Position numbers and translations under genes: made by a program. A stretch of 55,726 nucleotides of DNA, counting the filler, from Bipalium vagum (Eukaryota): assembly GCA_037834085.1 (NCBI GenBank). It is 3 parts of 3 records of this genome, joined end to end, with 100 filler letters (N's around TTAATTAATTAA, not from the genome) between each part and the next. Parts side by side here need not be neighbours in the genome. Positions count along the whole stretch, not along the records: positions 37,376 to 55,726 come from JBBMKC010031921.1; 2 more parts are not named here. The stretch is one strand, 5' to 3'. Below are positions 51,201 through 55,726 of this stretch, piece by piece; position 1 is the first letter of the stretch, and the number at the start of each line of letters is the position of its first letter. The notes under the pieces were generated by a model. The model saw only the letters and a program-made list of their open reading frames with translations, searched no databases and had not been told where the DNA came from.

Positions 51201-53121
51201 GAAAAAGACGTGATTGAATTTGGGATTAATATTAAGGAGACAACAATATAGAGACAGAAACGCAACCTCGGTGACATTTTTGTCTCGGATTGATAAATAA
51301 TTGATTTGATAACTTTTAACTAAAAGTGATTGTGACACATTAGTACAAAAAAGATAAGCTGATAAGACAAACATAAATACTATTGATAATAATAAAATGG
51401 GAAGCCATCAAATTAATAAAAAAAAATAATTTAAACTTAATAGTAAGAAAATTAAAGATCAATAATAATAATAATAATAATAATAATTGAAAATGAAAAA
51501 TTAGTGGCTAATAATAATGCCGGCACTATTAATGATAAAAGGAAAATAAGAATAATGGTAATATAATAGCTTAATTAGATATAATAATATTGTTATCAAA
51601 TAATAGATTTAAAAAACCACCTTAGTACAAATACACAAATAAGAATAAAGGCCAATAAGAAAGATAATAGAATTAGTAGCAAAACAAACAAAAATTAAGA
51701 GCAAACGAAAATTAATATCAAAGTTTATTTAGTCTAATAAAATCATTACGAAAGTAAAAAAATCATCAAATGATCCGACATTTACGGATCATTTCAATTT
51801 TTAAAAATAACATGGAAATAATGAGATCAAATAAAAGTATTAACAAGAGCAGTTTTAAATTATTAAGTATAAAAATAAGAATACAGATTTTTACATAGTT
51901 ATAATAAATATCGATAAAACTAAATATTGATTAGAATTAAACCTGAAGTTGATTTTAATTTCAATTTAATCTCAAAAAAGTTTCAATCATTTAATGATAT
52001 TGAATATAATAATCAGATTAGAAATAAAAATTAATAATAATAATAAATAATAAAAAGTAAGGATTGGATTTTAATTAATATTAAATAATAATTCATAAAT
52101 CATAAATATTTTAAAAATAAATTTTTAAGTAATATGTTAAAATTTAATCCTTAATGTAAAATAAATTTTAAAGTAATATATTAAAAATTTATTTTACATT
52201 AAGGATTAAATTAGCAGAATTATTTTTATTATTTTACTAAAATCAAATTAATTTCAGCCAAGTTCTTAAAATAAACAAATTCCAGGTTTTATAGAAGTCA
52301 ATAAAAAAATTTCTAATTTTAATTTCTGGACTTCATTTTTAGTACAATATAAATTAAATATTGGCATTTAAAACACCATTTTTGTTATCCAGAAAGAAAT
52401 CAATAAAACTTTCTTAAATTGATAAATTAAAATTTTTTCAAGGAGACATTATTTAATTATATCAGGTCTATTTTTTATTATACAACATTTTTATTAACAT
52501 CTCAGTGCAACAGAGATCAATAAAATATGACTTTAATTTCATAATTCATCAGAACATCTCAGCGATATCGAAAAGAATGTTAAAAATAGTTTTTATTGGA
52601 AATTTATTAGTAATAATTATCAATATTTTACAATAATACTTTAATAGCGATTTTGAGTGGGATTTAATTGATATAATAAAATATTAAACGAACCCCTATT
52701 CATTGGACCCAGGTTACTGTATGCTTTGTCGAAGTTTAAGTCTTTGTAGAATGCTGTGAGAACCAATCGATAAATGAGTGTTATTTTTGAACTCATCAAT
52801 ATTTACCCGGTGCCTGTTGCTGCTGCTGAGTACCGAAAGAAGCATTCATTGCAAAGGCATCGTTATTGTTGAATGGTTTCTGTGAATGACTATTTATTGA
52901 AGTATTTACGGAGAATATATCAGCGATCTCCGGAGAAATAAAGTTGCTCTGAGAACTGGTTTGAGGATCAGGATCTAATCCCAAGAGCACCAAATCATCA
53001 TTGACTTTGGTGATTGGTTTAGATGGTTTTATGCTAGTGCCCATCACATTGTTGTTCAACGTTGTTGCTGTTGTTGTTTGAGCTTTTAAATGGGGTTCTG
53101 ATTTAGCGCTTGTTAATTTTG
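45247..53121 (-). CDS. PICALM: AP180/PICALM-like clathrin assembly protein, 3' exons only
   Basis: Exons 53121-52807, 50735-50551, 50491-50402, 48476-48387 and 45453-45247 splice in frame (GT-AG). TLDDKLASLVGNFSIG..VNWG resembles the CALM/AP180 DLDSSLANLVGNLGIG..VNW helix. There is a DIF motif and a Q/P/M-rich tail with NPF ending YPQF*. The ANTH domain is not in the window. Confidence 0.72.
47473..47633. mobile_element. Tigger-like MITE (161 bp)
   Basis: TA-CGGTCAAACC ... GGTTTGACTG-TA. Confidence 0.7.
52141..52212. repeat. Perfect 29-bp inverted repeat with a 14-bp spacer
   Basis: AATTTAATCCTTAATGTAAAATAAATTTT / AAAATTTATTTTACATTAAGGATTAAATT. Confidence 0.9.
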
Positions 53122-55497
53122 CTAAATATTGATTTTGTTAATTATCAAAATTTGATGGTCAATAAAATAATAAACAAAACAGATGAAACTAATTTCAAAA
53201 AATGTTATAAATAATAACTACATAATTGAATGGTTTATTTTTTATTGATTTTTACTGATTTAATTGTGATAATTCATTGAAATAATGAAAATAAATAAAT
53301 GAAAATTACTTAATTTGTATCATTATTGTTATAATTTTTATTAATTAATTTATTATTAATTTTATTATTTTATTAATGTTATATGATAGAAATATGATTA
53401 TGAAGAGTCTCTAAATTTCAAAAGGCCATTTGAAGGAGCATGAAGATTGATAAATAAAATCTGGGTCAAATTTGGCGAATGTTAAATAAAATTACAAAAT
53501 CAGGCAACAGTAACATCTCAGCCTACGGAACTTGTACCCAGCCAAACAAATTTTTAATTAAAATAAAATTGATACAAGTTGAACTCTAAATGAATCAATA
53601 GAGTGAAATAAATTTTATCAATCGAAACAGGATATTCATCTTTTATGTTGGAAAAAAATATATTTCGGTTTGATACTAGACTCTTTGAGTATCATATGAG
53701 GGACTGAGACTAACTTTTCATATCATAAAATGGCATCAGAATTTTATTTTCCACAATTACATAACTTTTACCAGGTTTCATTAACTATTCAATATGAAAT
53801 CATAGAAATATTGTGGATCACGTAATTATACACATATTTAACTTGAAAGAGAGCAAAACATGAAAAAAATTAATCTTCGCTGAAACAAAGTGCAGAAGAT
53901 CAAGTCAGAAATACAACTAAAAACGAAGGAAATTGTCAAATGTGTCATAAATTTGTGATTCTCCAATAAAATATTGAAATACAATTTTAACAGCGAAACA
54001 AATTTCAATCAATAATCGGGTGCTCAAAAGATTGACAAAATCAAAGTTAGCTTTAAAGGTAACTGAAATGAATAATTCCGAAAACAAATGTTTCTATACA
54101 TTTCATGTGACAACATAATAGATTTTCCTTAACATATAAAGATTTATTATCGGATAAAAGTAAGAGATTGAATAGTATCGAATTGTATTTATTGGGCTAG
54201 AATCATAAATGGAACAATGTAAGCACAGAAAAGTACTGGTCAATAAAACCAAACGTTAAAGAAACAGATTTTTATGTAAAGTGATAAGACTTAAATTCTA
54301 TCAATCTAATTCTAATTTGAAACATGATTTTCACATTGATCTTTTCTGAAACTTGAATTGAAATTTAGAAGGAATATATTTGAAAAAACACCGGAAATCT
54401 TTTTTCAAACGAAAACTTTTCTGGAATGACTTTATGATTTTAAAAATATTATCTGTCAAATAAAGTTATTTAAATTAATCGACTCGTTTTATAAGACTTT
54501 TTCCTCTGCTCTCCATAAAGAATTATTACTAAACGAAAGAGAAAATGACAATTATTTCACAATAATTTGAGTATTAAATTTCTGATTGATATCAAAGAAC
54601 CATGATGGTCTTCTTACACTGTTTTGTGATTAATAATAATACACTCTGGTCAATTATTGTAATATAAAAACATCGTTCATCAATAAAAAAGTGAAATTGT
54701 TCCAGTCACAAGCTTTCAGGTTCTCCATATTTTCACAGAATATTTTGGATCAATTTCATTGATTGGTCTTTATAATTTGGAAAAGTCAATTCAATAAAGG
54801 CATTTTGAATATTAACAAACATTTAAGGTCTCGATTAAAAAACCTTTAAAATCAACAGTTTAAAGTTTTTAGTTTTGATGTGGTTTTTTATCAATTTTTT
54901 CTGTAATGAACTTTTTCAGGGATTTAATATTTTTTCAATTAAAATACTTGGATAATTTCAGTAAAACTTATTAATTCAAAAAAATTCAAAAAAATCGATT
55001 TTCCGAAATACTTTGTTGTATATCTATTATAATTATATCAAAATTGGAAGGAAGAAATAAAAATTCAATAAATTTATTGATTATTTCAGTTTAAATTAAT
55101 TTTGGTCAATTAATAAATTATTCAAAATGCATATAAAATAATTGATTTTATGAATTTTCGATAAAATATTATGATTAATCAATATTAAGAGACAAAGTAT
55201 ATTTAAAATATACCACACTTTCGTTTTAACAGCACAGTCACTTTAAAATAAATAACCATTTAACCATAGATCAATGATACCTACATATATATTTAATCAA
55301 TACTGAATAATAAGCCATTTCTTAAAATAATATCATGAGAATTAATAATAAAAATATTATTTATATTTTCATATATATATGAAAAAATGTAATAATTGTA
55401 ATAATAGAAATAGTGATTAAATAAATCATAAAATTAAAAAATTATTCATAATTAAAATAAAATGTAATAATAATATAATATATATAATAATATAATA

Positions 55498-55726
55498 TTA
55501 GGTGTACAAGTTGAAAATGACGTTTTTTAAGACTGTAAAAAAGTTTATTTTTTCATAGAATAAACAAAATTTTTTATACAAGATAATTTCCATCACAATC
55601 TACAACATTGGCCCATTTTTGTAGTAGTTGGTGAATACCATAAAAAAAATTTTCCTGTTTCAGAGCGATCCAGTCATGAAGCCATTTTTGGACATCCTCG
55701 AAGTTTTGGAACCGGTGTTCACAGAG
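55498..55726 (-). mobile_element. Mariner (mauritiana/Mos1-like) 3' end
   Basis: TA-TTAGGTGTACAAGTTG TIR; LCEHRFQNFEDVQKWLHDWIALKQENFFYGIHQLLQKWANVVDCDGNYLV*. Confidence 0.9.

Overview
Very AT-rich animal genomic DNA. The 43-61 bp introns and dense Tc1/mariner relics suggest a flatworm/planarian-type genome, but that is an inference. The window is three unrelated contigs (1-20306, 20407-37275, 37376-55726) joined by artificial N44-TTAATTAATTAA-N44 linkers. Contig 1 holds a complete 10-exon alpha-spectrin gene (minus strand, 2415 aa) with a candidate 66-nt cassette exon. It also holds LTR-like and Tc1 relics and a 2.5-kb direct-repeat-flanked cassette encoding a frameshifted protein with SNase-like and DEDDh-exonuclease-like regions. 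Contig 2 holds four exons of an NWD1/NWD2-type (DUF4062) gene, a decayed Maverick/adintovirus PLA2-integrase segment and many DNA-transposon relics. Contig 3 holds the 3' exons of an AP180/PICALM-like gene (minus strand). Its most notable content is a 1.2-kb cluster of three small, structured, oligo-T-terminated RNA genes (39563-39660 +, 40252-40394 -, 40704-40787 -). These share a covarying panhandle that closely matches the vault RNA architecture. All homology calls are by eye; no searches were run.
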